64,000 bases of DNA, taken from Podarcis gaigeae (lineage: Eukaryota). The stretch lies in the NCBI GenBank assembly GCA_964106915.2, contig OZ066931.1; one strand, given 5' to 3'. The translations under genes and the position numbers were made by a program. Positions 1 to 11,419 of this stretch are shown here, piece after piece. Each line of letters opens with the position of its first letter. Positions within the stretch are counted from its first letter, which is position 1. The notes beneath the pieces were generated by a model that was not told where the DNA came from, ran no database searches, and saw only the letters and a program-made list of their open reading frames with translations.

Positions 1-51
1 GAGTTGTCCGTGACTGGATCTAACGGTCAGGGGTACCTTTACCTTTACCTT
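1..51 (+). mobile_element. Sauria SINE 3' end
   Basis: ggtcaggggtacc followed by an (ACCTTT)n tail. Confidence 0.8.
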
Positions 52-1494
52 AACAAAAGGGTTTGCTTTTCTCTGACAAATGCCAGGATTGAATTTATGT
101 TCCATAACTACAGGTGCCTCCACACTAGGAGCAGGAGGCACCTCAAGAACCTTGTCGGTGGAACATTTGTAATAGCACCGGCGTTGAATTCTGCCCTTGG
201 TGGTTACTCCAGAGTTGGCAAGCTTTATCAACTCACTTTTTATGATATTATAATCCAATCACTGCCTGCCTTTTATCTTCTTGGAGCCCCTTTTCAGACT
301 GTAGAAAAGCTGGGAGTTTTTTGTGGGGGCGAGAGAACAGAACAGCAGAACAGGTATGGAATGCACTAGTCCTACTCTTCCATCTATTTTTAAAGATTTA
401 TTTTTACATGTAGCTACATTGTAACACAATTTCAGTATCAGCACTATCATCACAGCATACCTTTTGATCTATTTTTAAAAAATGATATATTCATGTATTA
501 GGGCTTAAATGCATAAGTGTTTAGCACAAATTAAAATGTTGATTCGCACCCCCACCCCCAGTACACTCTCTCCCAGTCTTTCTGTTCAGTGCTATTTTAT
601 TGTCTCCGTGGGATTTGAACACCACTCTGAATTACAGCAATTTTATTCAGTAGTATTGATGGATCAGAACAAGTAAAGTGCTTTAAATGCATGGTGTATA
701 TATAGCCTGAGCTTGAGTGCTGGAAGATAAGAGGAAAACATTTATTTCTCCACATCATTCGTAATTTTATACGTTTCTGTCATGTCACTCCTTCCCCTCC
801 TCCATGAGCCAACAAAATAAAACAATAAAAGTGTTCATATTCTCCAGTCATTTCTTGTAGGGAAGGGGCCCAAACCTTTTGATTCTTAACAATCTCTGAG
901 AAGATAGGCAAATTATTATCTCCATAGTTGGCAGAGGTGTGGAGATTTCTGAAGATAATTTATTGCTTAAGACCATGCAGCCAATTCGTGGTGGTGATCT
1001 TTGAGTCAGAGTTTTTCCCAAGGTGATTGGTTGCTGTCCTAGCCACCAGATAAGACTACTTCTTCGAAACTGAGGAATATTAATTCTCTCTACACAGTCA
1101 CCACTCACCGCCTTTGTTTCCACCAGCGCTGCTGTGTTTTTAGCAGATGCACGGTCAGCAACTCATGTGCAAGTCGCCTTGGGACAGTGGTTGAGAAGGA
1201 GATTGATAAATCACTTGTAATAATAATTATGATGATGATAAACCCAACCCCTAGTACTGAAGCTTTGACCATCAACTACATCTTGGCTGCCGGGAAGCCT
1301 GCACCATTTGAATTCCTGACTCCCAGGCAAGCACTTGAAAGGTAAAGAGTAGGGGTGTGGGGGTGGTGTGCCCTGAAAATCCCATTAGCAGCCCCTCCTT
1401 TCCTCCCAACTAGTTCAGGTTGTCTGGACTCTCACAGCATACTGCCTCTTATAAGTGGTATGTAAATGGCTGAAATACATAAAATTCCAGTTTT

Positions 1495-1495
<1 letters not shown>

Positions 1496-1552
<57 letters not shown>
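1496..1552. repeat. (GATA)n microsatellite
   Basis: Direct reading; a second (GATA)n lies at ~37486-37522. Confidence 0.9.
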
Positions 1553-1844
1553 TACACAGAGACTCCATCTCCTCAGACTATTGCAAAAGAATGATGTCTT
1601 TTTTTAAAAAAAAATAGAAATTTCAACACAGTAATTTTAACAAAAATGCATCATCCACATTGTTCCCCCCCTCCATTTTCCCCCTCCCCCCTAAACAAAC
1701 CTCCCCCCCGCGGGACTTCCCTCAGCTCCTTTCTCTGGTTTCTCAACACATCTTTCTGTCTGCATGTTGTAAAATTGTAAAAATCCTCAAATTATCTATC
1801 TATATATTACAATAAAGAGTTTGTGAATGTTTATTCAAACAAAA

Positions 1845-2335
1845 GAACAATGTCAATCAACATTTGATGATCTCCTTCTACCGGTCAACAATAGAAAGTG
1901 TCCTTTCATAGTGCATCACGGTGTGGTACGCTGGTTTGACATCAACTGATAGGAAGTGCCTACAGAGGGTGGTGAATACAGCACAAGATATTATGGGCTG
2001 TCCCATGAATCCACTGGATGAAATAGCAGAAGAATGTTGCCTCAGGAGAGTGAGGAAAATTCTCAGGGATGATTCACACCCTGGCTGGCACTTTCTTGAT
2101 CTCCTGCCCTCGGGCAGAATATATAGAAGCAGGATTAGTCGCACCAACAGAGTAAAGAACAGCTTCTATCCGTGGGCTGTTAGGCTGCTGAATGAAAAGA
2201 TAACAACAGGGCAACTGAATTTCGGGTTTGGTGGGTGTGCGTCAGTAAACGAGGGGAATTAAGACTAAGAGAGCTGAGTAGGGATTGGTCATGTAATCTC
2301 ACTGTATACAAGTTGTATAAGTGACAATAAAGAAT
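1845..2335 (+). mobile_element. Rex1/Babar-type LINE 3' fragment
   Basis: ESVLS*CITVWYAG...LQRVVNTAQ...DSHPG...LLPSGR..RTNRVKNSFYP, then an AATAAA end. Confidence 0.8.
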
Positions 2336-2901
2336 TTTTTTAAAAATACAGTCTGCCTTGGTAAAGGAGAAAACTGAGTTCCCCTGAAAATTCTGGTTGC
2401 TGAACGTTCCAAACAGCCAGTAGCCTGGAGTTATGATTTGTGCTGTTGTGAATGTTCAAAACAAGCTGCATTCTAACTGCCAAGGAACTGAAAGGAGCTC
2501 CAGTTGCTACAGTTACCGACTCAGATGAGCTCCAGTCTTTTCAGATCTTTTAGGTCAGACGCAAGCAAAGAAGAACTGGAAAAAGCCCTTGAGTACTAGA
2601 GTCCAGTTGAAGAACCCAGGGTAGGATACAACAGGAATAAAACAATAATTTGAATGGAATGTACGTAAGAACAACAAATTGGATACTGTAATATCCAGGA
2701 TTGGAGCCATCCCATAGCCACAGAACTGAGTTTGGCATAGATTCCGTTTTCATATGCCTTTTATATCTCCCTGAAGTAGTGGAGTGGTCTTTGAACTCAA
2801 GTTTCACAGCAGAGCCACATGGCCTACAATTTAGCCTCAGGGTTGGGCTCTCAATTTCCATGACGTTTTCTGGATCAGTGGCCATTGCTTCCTTGGAAGA
2901 G

Positions 2902-2999
2902 TCAATCAATCAATCAATCAATCAATCAATTTCCTTTATTCGACCGATAGTCAGAAATAAAACATTACACAATACAGAATTATAAACTAAAACATCATA
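2902..2999 (-). mobile_element. 5'-truncated LINE 3' end with (ATTG)n tail
   Basis: (TCAA)n at 2902-2929 followed by TTTATT (AATAAA on minus); interrupted by a SINE. Confidence 0.5.
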
Positions 3000-3361
3000 A
3001 AGGTAAAGGTAAAGGTACCCCTGCCCGTACGGGCCAGTCTTGACAGACTCTGGGGTTGTGCGCCCATCTCACTTAAGAGGCCAGGGGCCAGCGCTGTCCG
3101 CAGACACTTCCGGGTCACGTGGCCAGCGTGACATCGCTGCTCTGGCGAGCCAGAGCTGCACACGGAAACGCCGTTTACCTTCCCGCTGGTAAGCGGTCCC
3201 TATTTATCTACTTGCACCTGGGTGTGCTTTCGAACTGCTAGGTTGGCAGGCGCTGGGACCGAGCAGCGGGAGCGCACCCCGCCGCAGGGATTCGAACCGC
3301 CGACCTTTCGATCGGCAAGTCCTAGGCGCTGAGGCTTTAACCCACAGCGCCACCTGCGTCC
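3000..3361 (-). mobile_element. Full-length Sauria SINE
   Basis: tRNA-like head, ACCTTT tail, 13-bp TSD CTAAAACATCATA (2987-2999 and 3362-3374). Confidence 0.92.
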
Positions 3362-3404
3362 CTAAAACATCATAGGGGTACATAAATGGTAGGGCCACAG
3401 TACT

Positions 3405-4015
3405 AGAAATACTTTTCACCAAGAACAAGCGTTCTGCTTCAGAGCTGTGTGTACCTGCAGCAAACTGCCCCACATAAATAGAAGCTCCAAATGCATTGCT
3501 CTTATGGAAGGAGCAGCGACCCCAAAACTTCAGGGAACTTCCTTCCTTCGCTAGGATGGAAGACATATTTCAGGAAACTGAACACGAATGTTCCTGCAGC
3601 TAAGTCCAGAATGGCTCCAATAGGGGTGGAAGGAAGAGAGTAAGGATGAAACCTTTGTGTTTTCTGGGCTTGAAGACATTATACAGGGCATCCAAAAAAA
3701 AACTGAGCACATTCGCAATGGAGGCTAATGGCACGAAACCCTGAGCAATAATCATTTTGGAGGGGAAGGACTCGTGATCAGCTACTTCTGTGCACAGTAC
3801 GTTTATCTTCTTGATGGTATCTCCATGCAGAGAACAGGTGCCCCAGAGCCCAATCCCTACGAGGCCACGGCTGCTGATGCCCGCAATGTTGTTGACATAC
3901 CACACCATCCATTGGACACCGGCAGATGTGCATAACGCAGCTACGAGAGCCAAGACAAACGCATCTAGTTGGAAGCAAGATAGCCTGCAGAGCAACCATA
4001 CAGGAAGGGAGCCAT
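3405..4015 (-). pseudogene. Claudin-34-like intronless pseudogene
   Basis: CFQLDAFVLALVAALCTSAGVQWMVWYV...GIGLWGTC...LC carries the claudin W...GLW-xx-C...C signature, then FPSKMIIAQGFVPLASI. After frameshifts it reads IGAILDLAAGTFV, VS*NMSSILAKEG and FGASIYVGQFAAG, collinear with CLDN34 as recalled. ATGs at 3999 and 4015 are out of frame with the main ORF. Confidence 0.72.
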
Positions 4016-4369
4016 AAGCCGCCTCAGGTGATGCCTTAAGCTCGGGTATCGGCAAGGTGGGCAACTGAAGGCGTCACACCTGACAGGAAGTGAGCGTGGC
4101 CACTTTGTGCTACCAGGTGAGCCACCTCTGCATGTAGGATGGGGCAGGGAGCCTTTTCCAAAGCAGGGGGCGCATTCCCCCATGGCAACGTTAGAGGGCT
4201 ATAGTCAGCAGGGGACTGCTGACAAAGTCGGTAGTGCAAAAGCTGTGGCAGTTCTCGTGGGACAGTGGCGTGTGGTCAGTGGACTAGGGAAGTAAGGTAG
4301 TCTCTTAAATGTTCCCCTGGTGCTTCCTTCTCAAAGCCCGGGAGGCTTCTGTATGGCTTAGGGAGGAAG

Positions 4370-4635
4370 GTGCGTGACGTCGCTCCCACATCACGTTTGC
4401 AAACTGTTTCCCTACGAAAAAATTCAGGCCTGGAGTCGGGGACTGGAGCAGTCCTTCCAAGGTTTGATTGGTTGGAATGTGTCATTGGACCATTCGTCTT
4501 GCTTGCTTAAGTGAGGGATGGAGCGATGTGAGTGCACATGTAGCAGTGGCATGCGGTGAAATTTTTCATAGGGGGACAGTTAGGGGCAGAGGCAGCAGCT
4601 TGAGGACGTGATTGGGGGGAGGCGACGTCACGCGA
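4370..4635 (-). promoter_or_regulatory. Candidate CRE/CCAAT promoter upstream of the claudin-like pseudogene
   Basis: TGACGTCG at 4375, CGACGTCA at 4623, ATTGG at 4467, 4484 and 4611, with local CpG retention. Confidence 0.35.
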
Positions 4636-5604
4636 ATGGTCAAGCATGTGGGCATCGTGCCTCCCTCCCTGTGCCAGGAAGAAGCTTCCTGAGCTTTGGG
4701 AAGGAGGTGCCAGGGAAACATTAGGGAAACTAGCCTAGTCCACTGACCGTACACCGCTGCTCCAGGCTCAGGCTTTGATTTTAACTGGAATGGGCCATTC
4801 CGCCCCAAATTCCTGTATGGTCACTTATGCAGGATTTGCTTCCCAAATCCCATCCCCATGGCTTCTCACCAGATTTCACTGCACCCCCCTCTGGGGAAGC
4901 CGGGGTGAAGGTCTCCAAAATGCATCTCAGGACAAATTAGTTTCATGCAAGTTTCTGAAACTGGCAATAGTCAGGCTGTGAATTCCGGTAGGGGCTTCTC
5001 TGCATCTGAGACTGAAGAAATGAGAAAGCACAAGACTCCTGGCTTCTTTGTTTGGCTTTTGGGGCTATTCCCAGGTCACACGCCAGGGCTAGCTCGATAT
5101 ATTTTGGCAGCGGCAGCAGGCGATGTGTTTCTTGGAGGCTGGATCTGCCCCTGTGGATCCTGCCGCCCTAGGGGGTCGCCTCACCTTCCTTCATGGGTGG
5201 GCCAGCCCTGCCAGACCATCATTGCTGCTTCTCAGCACCTTCCTTGAACACTTTTGCCTGGCTGGAATGTGTCCTTGAATTGTAATAATGCCTCTCGCTT
5301 GCCAGGTTGGCTGGATGTATGTATATCTGTGTGTGTAGGAGTTGGTGACATTTGCATTGCTGGAATGTAACCTAGTGAAGAAAGATAATTGTCACATGCA
5401 TTGCTATACTGACTTCTGCCTTTGAACCCAGACACCGCTGGCAACAAGGGAAAGTAGCCCCCTGGCTGAAAGCTATCCCCCACCCTTGTCCTATCATGGG
5501 CCTGCTTCCTCCAGAAATGTCTTCTCTTCTTTCTTAGTCAATATGATCTCAACAATTTGTGGAGAATAAAGCTTCTGATGGATATTACGCCTTCCCTTCA
5601 GCAA

Positions 5605-5808
5605 ACTATGGTCTGGACTCAGTCTGACCCTTATGTTTCCCTCCCCTTATGGTTTTGATTTTTAAAATGAGGCTGCATTTTAAATTGCATTTTAACCTGT
5701 ATTTAATTTTTTTATTTTTTATTATGTTTTTACTGAAATTTTATTGGTGTTAGGCGCCCTGAGCCAGGGAGGGCGGGATATAAATAAAATTTATTATTAT
5801 TATTATTC
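5605..5808 (+). mobile_element. L2-type LINE 3' end
   Basis: Same 3' UTR as the L2 at 59481-60218; (TAT)n tail. Confidence 0.7.
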
Positions 5809-6104
5809 AGCCTCTTAACGAGTGGTTGTCAAAGGATGTGGCGAGCGCACTGGTGTGGCAGGAGAGGGTGGCGAGTGTGGCAGGAAGATTCAAGGACAAT
5901 CAAAGAAACATTTAAACATTTCAGCGTAGTCTAGTGTTAACATTTTTTTGTTAATTGCAGAATATGGGTAGATTTCAAAATGAGAGCAAGAGTCAGTCAA
6001 TCCTGGTTGTGATGCAGAATTGCCGTTCAAACTGCAGTGCTGGAGAATAGCATTAGCTATTCTTCTACAGTTCTCCATGACACATTCTTATGAACGGTGA
6101 TTTT

Positions 6105-6790
6105 CAGCCTTGGCAAATCGCAAGGGATCGATGCCTTAGGAGAGCAGGGGGAAATTTCAGGGACGATTCACACCCCGGCCAGCACCTCTTTAATCCTCTA
6201 CCTTCGGGCAGGAGATATAGAAGTATAATCAGTTGTAAGGTAAAGGTAAAGGGACCCCTGAACATTAAGTTCAGTCGTGGCCGACTCTGGGGTTGCGGCG
6301 CTCATCTCGCTTTATTGACCGAGGGAGCTGGCGTACAGCTTCCGGATCATGTGGCCAGCAGGACTAAGCCGCTTCTGGTGAAACCAGAGCAGCGCACGGA
6401 AACGCCATTTACCTTCCCACCGGAGCGGTACCTATTTATCTATTTGCACTGATGTGCTTTCTAACTGCTAGGTTGGCAGGAGCAGGGACCGAGCAATGGG
6501 AGCTCACCTGATTTGAACCACCGACCTTCTGATTGGCAAGCCCTAGGCTCTGTAGTTTAACCCACAGCGCCACCCACATCCCATAATCAGTTGTACCAAC
6601 AGGCTAAAGAACAGTTTCTATCTGTGGGCTGTTAGGCTGCTGAAAGGAAAATAATATAGTGCAACTGACTTTCGGGGTTGGTGTGTTGTGCGACAAGCAC
6701 ACAGAGTGCAATGAGATTGAGTGTTTGTGGGGGCGAGGGTCAGTTAATTTCATTGAACACAGGTTGTACATTGACAGTAAAGGCATTATT
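6105..6790 (+). mobile_element. Rex1/Babar LINE 3' fragment split by a SINE
   Basis: CLRRAGGNFRDDSHPGQHLFNPLPSGRRYRSI, resuming after the SINE as TNRLKNSFY. Confidence 0.75.
6238..6582 (-). mobile_element. Sauria SINE inserted in Rex1
   Basis: TSD ATAATCAGTTGTA at 6225-6237 and 6583-6595. Confidence 0.92.
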
Positions 6791-6794
6791 ATTA

Positions 6795-7149
6795 GCAGGT
6801 GGCGCTGTGGGTTAAAGCCTCAGTGCCTAGGACTTGCCGATCGAAAGGTCGGCGGTTCGAATCCCTGCGGCGGGGTGCGCTCCCGCTGCTCGGTCCCAGC
6901 GCCTGCCAACCTAGCAGTTCGAAAGCACCTCCGGGTGCAAGTAGATAAATAGGGACCGCTTACCAGCGGGAAGGTAAACGTCGTTTCCGTGTGCGGCTCT
7001 GGCTCGCCAGAGCAGCGATGTCACGCTGGCCACGTGACCCGGAAGTGTCTCCGGACAGCGCTGGCCCCTGGCCTCTTAAGTGAGATGGGCGCACAACCCC
7101 AGAGTCTGTCAAGACTGGCCCGTATGGGCAGGGGTACCTTTACCTTTAC
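6795..7149 (+). mobile_element. Sauria SINE
   Basis: Near-identical inverted copy of 3000-3361. Confidence 0.9.
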
Positions 7150-7699
7150 TATTATTATCAAAAAGAACGATCAGAAAAGAGAGAGGCTGCTTTGCGTTGA
7201 TGAGATGGGAGTTTGTTTGTCTCAAATCAGACCCCACAAAAATGAAATTACCCGACAAAAACAAGCTCACACCTCTCATTGAGTTTGTGTACATGCTTAA
7301 GGTGCATATGTTACAGGCTCATTCATAATTGTATTTGGGGGGGGGGGTGACTCATGTTCTCATGTAGCTGCATTGCTTTATACTTTCTGGACGTCCCGTG
7401 ATCAAATTATGAAGAAGTTGTGTTCTGTGTTACTAATCAAGCCCTGCTAGTTGTTGTTGTTTCTTCTTCTTTTTCAATGTATCCATAAAAAATTCGGTGA
7501 GGCACAAGTAGTTTTTTATTCTGGAAGTGTGGGCCAGAGAAAAAAGTTTGAGAACCAATACCAATTTGAGTGGGGAGACAGCTATTGTGCTCCTGTTCTG
7601 TTTTGGGTTTGCCCACCCTTTGAGGGGCCTTTGGTCTGAGTCAGCAGTCTGGTTCCTAGGATATTCTTATGGTTGTGGGATATGTTAGCGCTACCACTC

Positions 7700-7751
<52 letters not shown>
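7700..7751. repeat. (GT)n(GA)n microsatellite
   Basis: Direct reading. Confidence 0.9.
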
Positions 7752-7755
<4 letters not shown>

Positions 7756-7782
7756 GCCTGCCGTAACTAAGGCAATACTTAC

Positions 7783-7862
7783 CCACATCCCCCTGAAGGG
7801 GTTGCAGTGGAATGCAGCATGAAGTGACAGTTTGTTCTGCTTCGTGCTCCTGAGCCGTGTTC
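7783..7862 (-). other. Candidate short 5' exon ending ATGTGG|GTAAGT (possible C1S-like start exon)
   Basis: Acceptor tttgcctcacAG at 7863 and consensus donor GTAAGT at 7782, with another donor GTAAGC at 8085. C1S lies head-to-head with LPCAT3 in mammals and starts with MW. Confidence 0.3.
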
Positions 7863-8267
7863 CTGTGAGGCAAACATGCTCATATAACTAGATATTTGGA
7901 GTGCTTGGCCTTTGCCAGCTTATCTGCGTGAGAGACACAGCTCTCGGCTATCACAGGGAGACGGCGTGCTGGAGTGATACAGTCTAAGCAAAGTTGCAAT
8001 TTTCACCAATGGCAAAGAATTGCAGTGAGGGGCGTGGGAGACCGTTGCAGCAGCTGTAACACGGATTCAGCTTTGCCTTGCTTACCCCTGTGGGGTCAGA
8101 GGCAGTTTTAGGGTAGCGCGACTGGTTCGGCCACACTGGGCATCTCGCTGCAAGGGGCACCACAACACTGCTGTTGAGATTGGGGGGGGGGGCGTAATTT
8201 TAGTGCCGCACAGAGCGCTGCTGAAATTTGAGATCCCAACAGCAACCATTGGTGGGATACCTGTGAG

Positions 8268-8462
8268 CATAGGAGCCAATTCCTAGGGGCCAAGGGGTCT
8301 TCACCCCCTCCAATAAAATATTTTAGGTGGCCAACACCTCCCCCCGCGTAAGTTGATAGGCATTGCCACTCAAATCGTGTGTATGCACCGTGTCATGCGA
8401 TTGATTATGTGGGTGGGGCTTACCTGCCCCCCCCCCATATTTTATTCAAGTTGGCACCCCTG
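8268..8462. mobile_element. hAT-like MITE
   Basis: Imperfect TIRs CATAGGAGCCAA/TTGGCACCCCTG, with TSD-like CCTGTGAG/CCCATGAG. Confidence 0.5.
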
Positions 8463-9290
8463 CCCATGAGAGTTTTAGGAATTTGCTGTTCCTGCAAATC
8501 ACTTTCTTGTTTTTCCTTGCCCCTGTGGGCTGCCCCGTTTCCCATCCCCCGAGTTCTTCTTTGTATGCATATGAAACTAGAATAAATACAGCCCCATGCT
8601 GCGCACTGGGTCACCTGAGTTATTATGGGTACGCTGTGTGGGGTTTCAATAGGGGTGTTGGTGTGCTGTGACGGGGCTCAGAGTTCTGCCATATCCTATA
8701 CTCAAAATGGGGCGTGAGCAGAACAGTTGGCTGGTTCCCCCCTCTTCCATTGAGTTTTATAGGAGGGGGTTGAATGTTGCAGTTCTGTTGTTGTGTACAG
8801 TTCCACCATTGTTGGGGACATAGGAGGACCCTGAAGGAAGATAAAACTGGGAATGTCTGTTCCCCTCCCACGTTCCCCACATCCCACTGACATCCTTGCC
8901 CTGTTCTGGCTGTTCTGTTGACAGAGTTGTTCTCATCAGAATAGATACACCAGTAGGATGTTGTGCAAGCCTATCATCTGTGGTGGCAACATTCAGTATT
9001 TCGTGTTGTGCTGGTACAGCAAGTCTTCTTAGCCAGTAGCACAGAGTGAGCAACCTAGTCATTCAGCCTAATTTGATGCTGACTTTGGATGGGCAATCAA
9101 GAAGCACAGACAGGGCCCCTGAACATAGCATGGCTTAACCTTCTCTTAAAGGTGGAGGGATCCTTATTTTTTCCACCCTCCACCAGACAACCTTGGTCCT
9201 CCTCTGCCTAACTTTAAAAGCCCTCCTCAAGTAGTCATCCCAGAGCTCTGGCAAGAGTGATCTGCCCCCCCCCCCCCGGGATTGGGGTGG

Positions 9291-9946
9291 TATTAGAATT
9301 CTAAGGTCCCAAATATAAAATAAACATTCATAAATGTACAAGGCAAACACATACATAAGTATATAAATCACGCATCTGAAATAGTACAGGAGAGCAATCC
9401 TGAAACCATTTTGACTCTCCCAAAACTGACCTCAAATATTTACCTGCAAGGAGGAAGCAAATGGGGAAGCCTCTCCATTGTCTTTTGCTTACCTGTCTTA
9501 AGAGTGTATTTGTGTATGAATAGGGTGAGCCTGAGACCTGGTTTCAGGAATTAAAATATTTACCATCATGAAAGAATGGCCAGGCCGGCCTGGTAAAGCA
9601 ACGAGTGACCATTAACAGATATCCTGGCAAACGGGATTTCTGCTGCAAACCACCTCCTGTGATGTATTTCTGCTGTAGACCACCCTCTTCTGTGATGTAT
9701 GTATGATGCTTTGGGGGGTGGTCTTGGGCTACAGGGTGAGCAATTTCAAAAGTCTATATAAGGGCTTGCGCACCATTTTGGGGGGATTCCTCCTTCCTTC
9801 ATGAGGTGAGTGAGGACTCTGTTGCTTCTCAGTATACTCTGGTTGGCCTCTGTTATTTTCTCCTACCGATAGGGGACACACTTAAAGACTCTATACAGGC
9901 TCTGAAATACCCCATGAGGGAAAAGGAGCAGTTTTTTTCTATAACA
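9291..9946 (+). mobile_element. Probable solo LTR
   Basis: Termini TATTAGAA...CTATAACA, internal direct repeats, TATATAAG at 9755. Confidence 0.5.
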
Positions 9947-10450
9947 GGGGGAAGAGAGAAAGAAAAGGGGGTGGCAGAATGAGAGAAAATGGTATCTGTG
10001 CCCCCTGACATATTACCCAGAGGGATGGCAACCTTCTGCAGAAGGCTGCCTGGCTGAGAGGCTAAGGACGGGTGAGCAGCCTTTCTGGAGTATAGAATGA
10101 TGTCCTTAAACAGCAAGTGGAAATTCATTTTGTTTACCTCGGAAGGAAGCCAGGGACAAAAGATTTAGGGAAATAAGTTTGCTGCTTAATGGGCCTTCCT
10201 TTTTAATCAGTATTGCCCTTTTAAAGAATCTGCATTGTTAGGAACTAGCAGAACAGCAGAATGGAAATAGTTATAAAGCAATAACATGCAGTCGTTTGTA
10301 TCATCTAAAGCATGCCATTTTTATTTTTAAAATAATTATAGTCCAGACAATTGATTGGCAAGTCAGAATGGACATCCTTGCCTTTAATAAACTGAAGGAC
10401 CGCATCGGCTGGGATATTCTTTCTCCCTATCATCTCTGCTTCCTGCACAT

Positions 10451-11109
10451 GTTGTTGTTTAGTCGTTTAGTCGTGCCCGACTCTTCGTGACCCCCTGGAC
10501 CAGAGCACGCCAGGCACTCCTGTCTTCCACTGCCTCCCGCAGTTTGGTCAAACTCATGCTGGTAGCTTTGAGAATACTATCCAGCCATCTCGTCCTCTGT
10601 CGTCCCCTTCTCCTTGTGCCCTCCATCTTTCCCAACACCAGGGTCTTTTCCAGGGAGTCTTCTCTTCTCAGGAGGTGGCCAAAGTACTGGAGCCTCAGCT
10701 TCAGGATCTGTCCTTCCAGTGAGCACTCAGGGCTGATTTCCATAAGAATGGAGAGGTTTGATCTTCTTGCAGTCCATGGGACTCTCAAGAGTCTCCTCCA
10801 GCACCATAATTCAAAAGCATCCATTATTCGGAGATCAGCCTTCTTTATGGTCCAGCTCTCACTTCCATACATCACTACTGGGAAAACCAGAGCTTTTACT
10901 ATAGGGACCTTTGTTGGCAAGGTGATGTCTCTACTTTTTAAGATGCTGTCCAGGTTTGTCTTTGCTTTCCTCCCAGACTGCTGTCACCACCTGCAGTGAT
11001 CATGGAGCCCAAGAAAGTAAAATCTCCCACTGCCTCCATTTCTTCCCCTTCTCTTTGCCAGGAGGTGATGGGACCAGTGGCCATGATCTTCATTTTTTTG
11101 ATGTTGAGC
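10451..11109 (-). mobile_element. BovB (RTE) LINE 3' fragment
   Basis: VKALVFPVVMYGSESWTIKKA...DAFELWCWRRLLRVPWTARRSN...GRQRTRWLD, with a (CAA)n tail. Confidence 0.92.
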
Positions 11110-11419
11110 ATGGAATTCTTAAGAAATCAGGAACGGGTTCTGGAGTTCAGGAAAGGGCTGTCATAAGTGACTAGGCAATTCATTGGCCTGATCCAGTATG
11201 CCCTCCTCATTTTCTTATGTGCCTTTAAAAAAGAAAAGCCAGATGATGATAATGGGTTTTATTATTGTTATGAGGAAACATAGTTTTCATTATAATGATG
11301 GGTTTTTATTATTTTGAAGATGAGGATGGTTTTATTTTAAACACGGGTGTGGATTATAGATGGGGATCCTTTTTTTCAACGTCTGAACGTGCAATGCCAG
11401 CCCACAGGGACAGGGCCAG

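Noticed and set aside
2698-2750. LEPSHS...DSV resembling a C1r/C1s CUB motif
   Set aside because: Wrong strand for synteny, no conserved cysteines, no splice sites.
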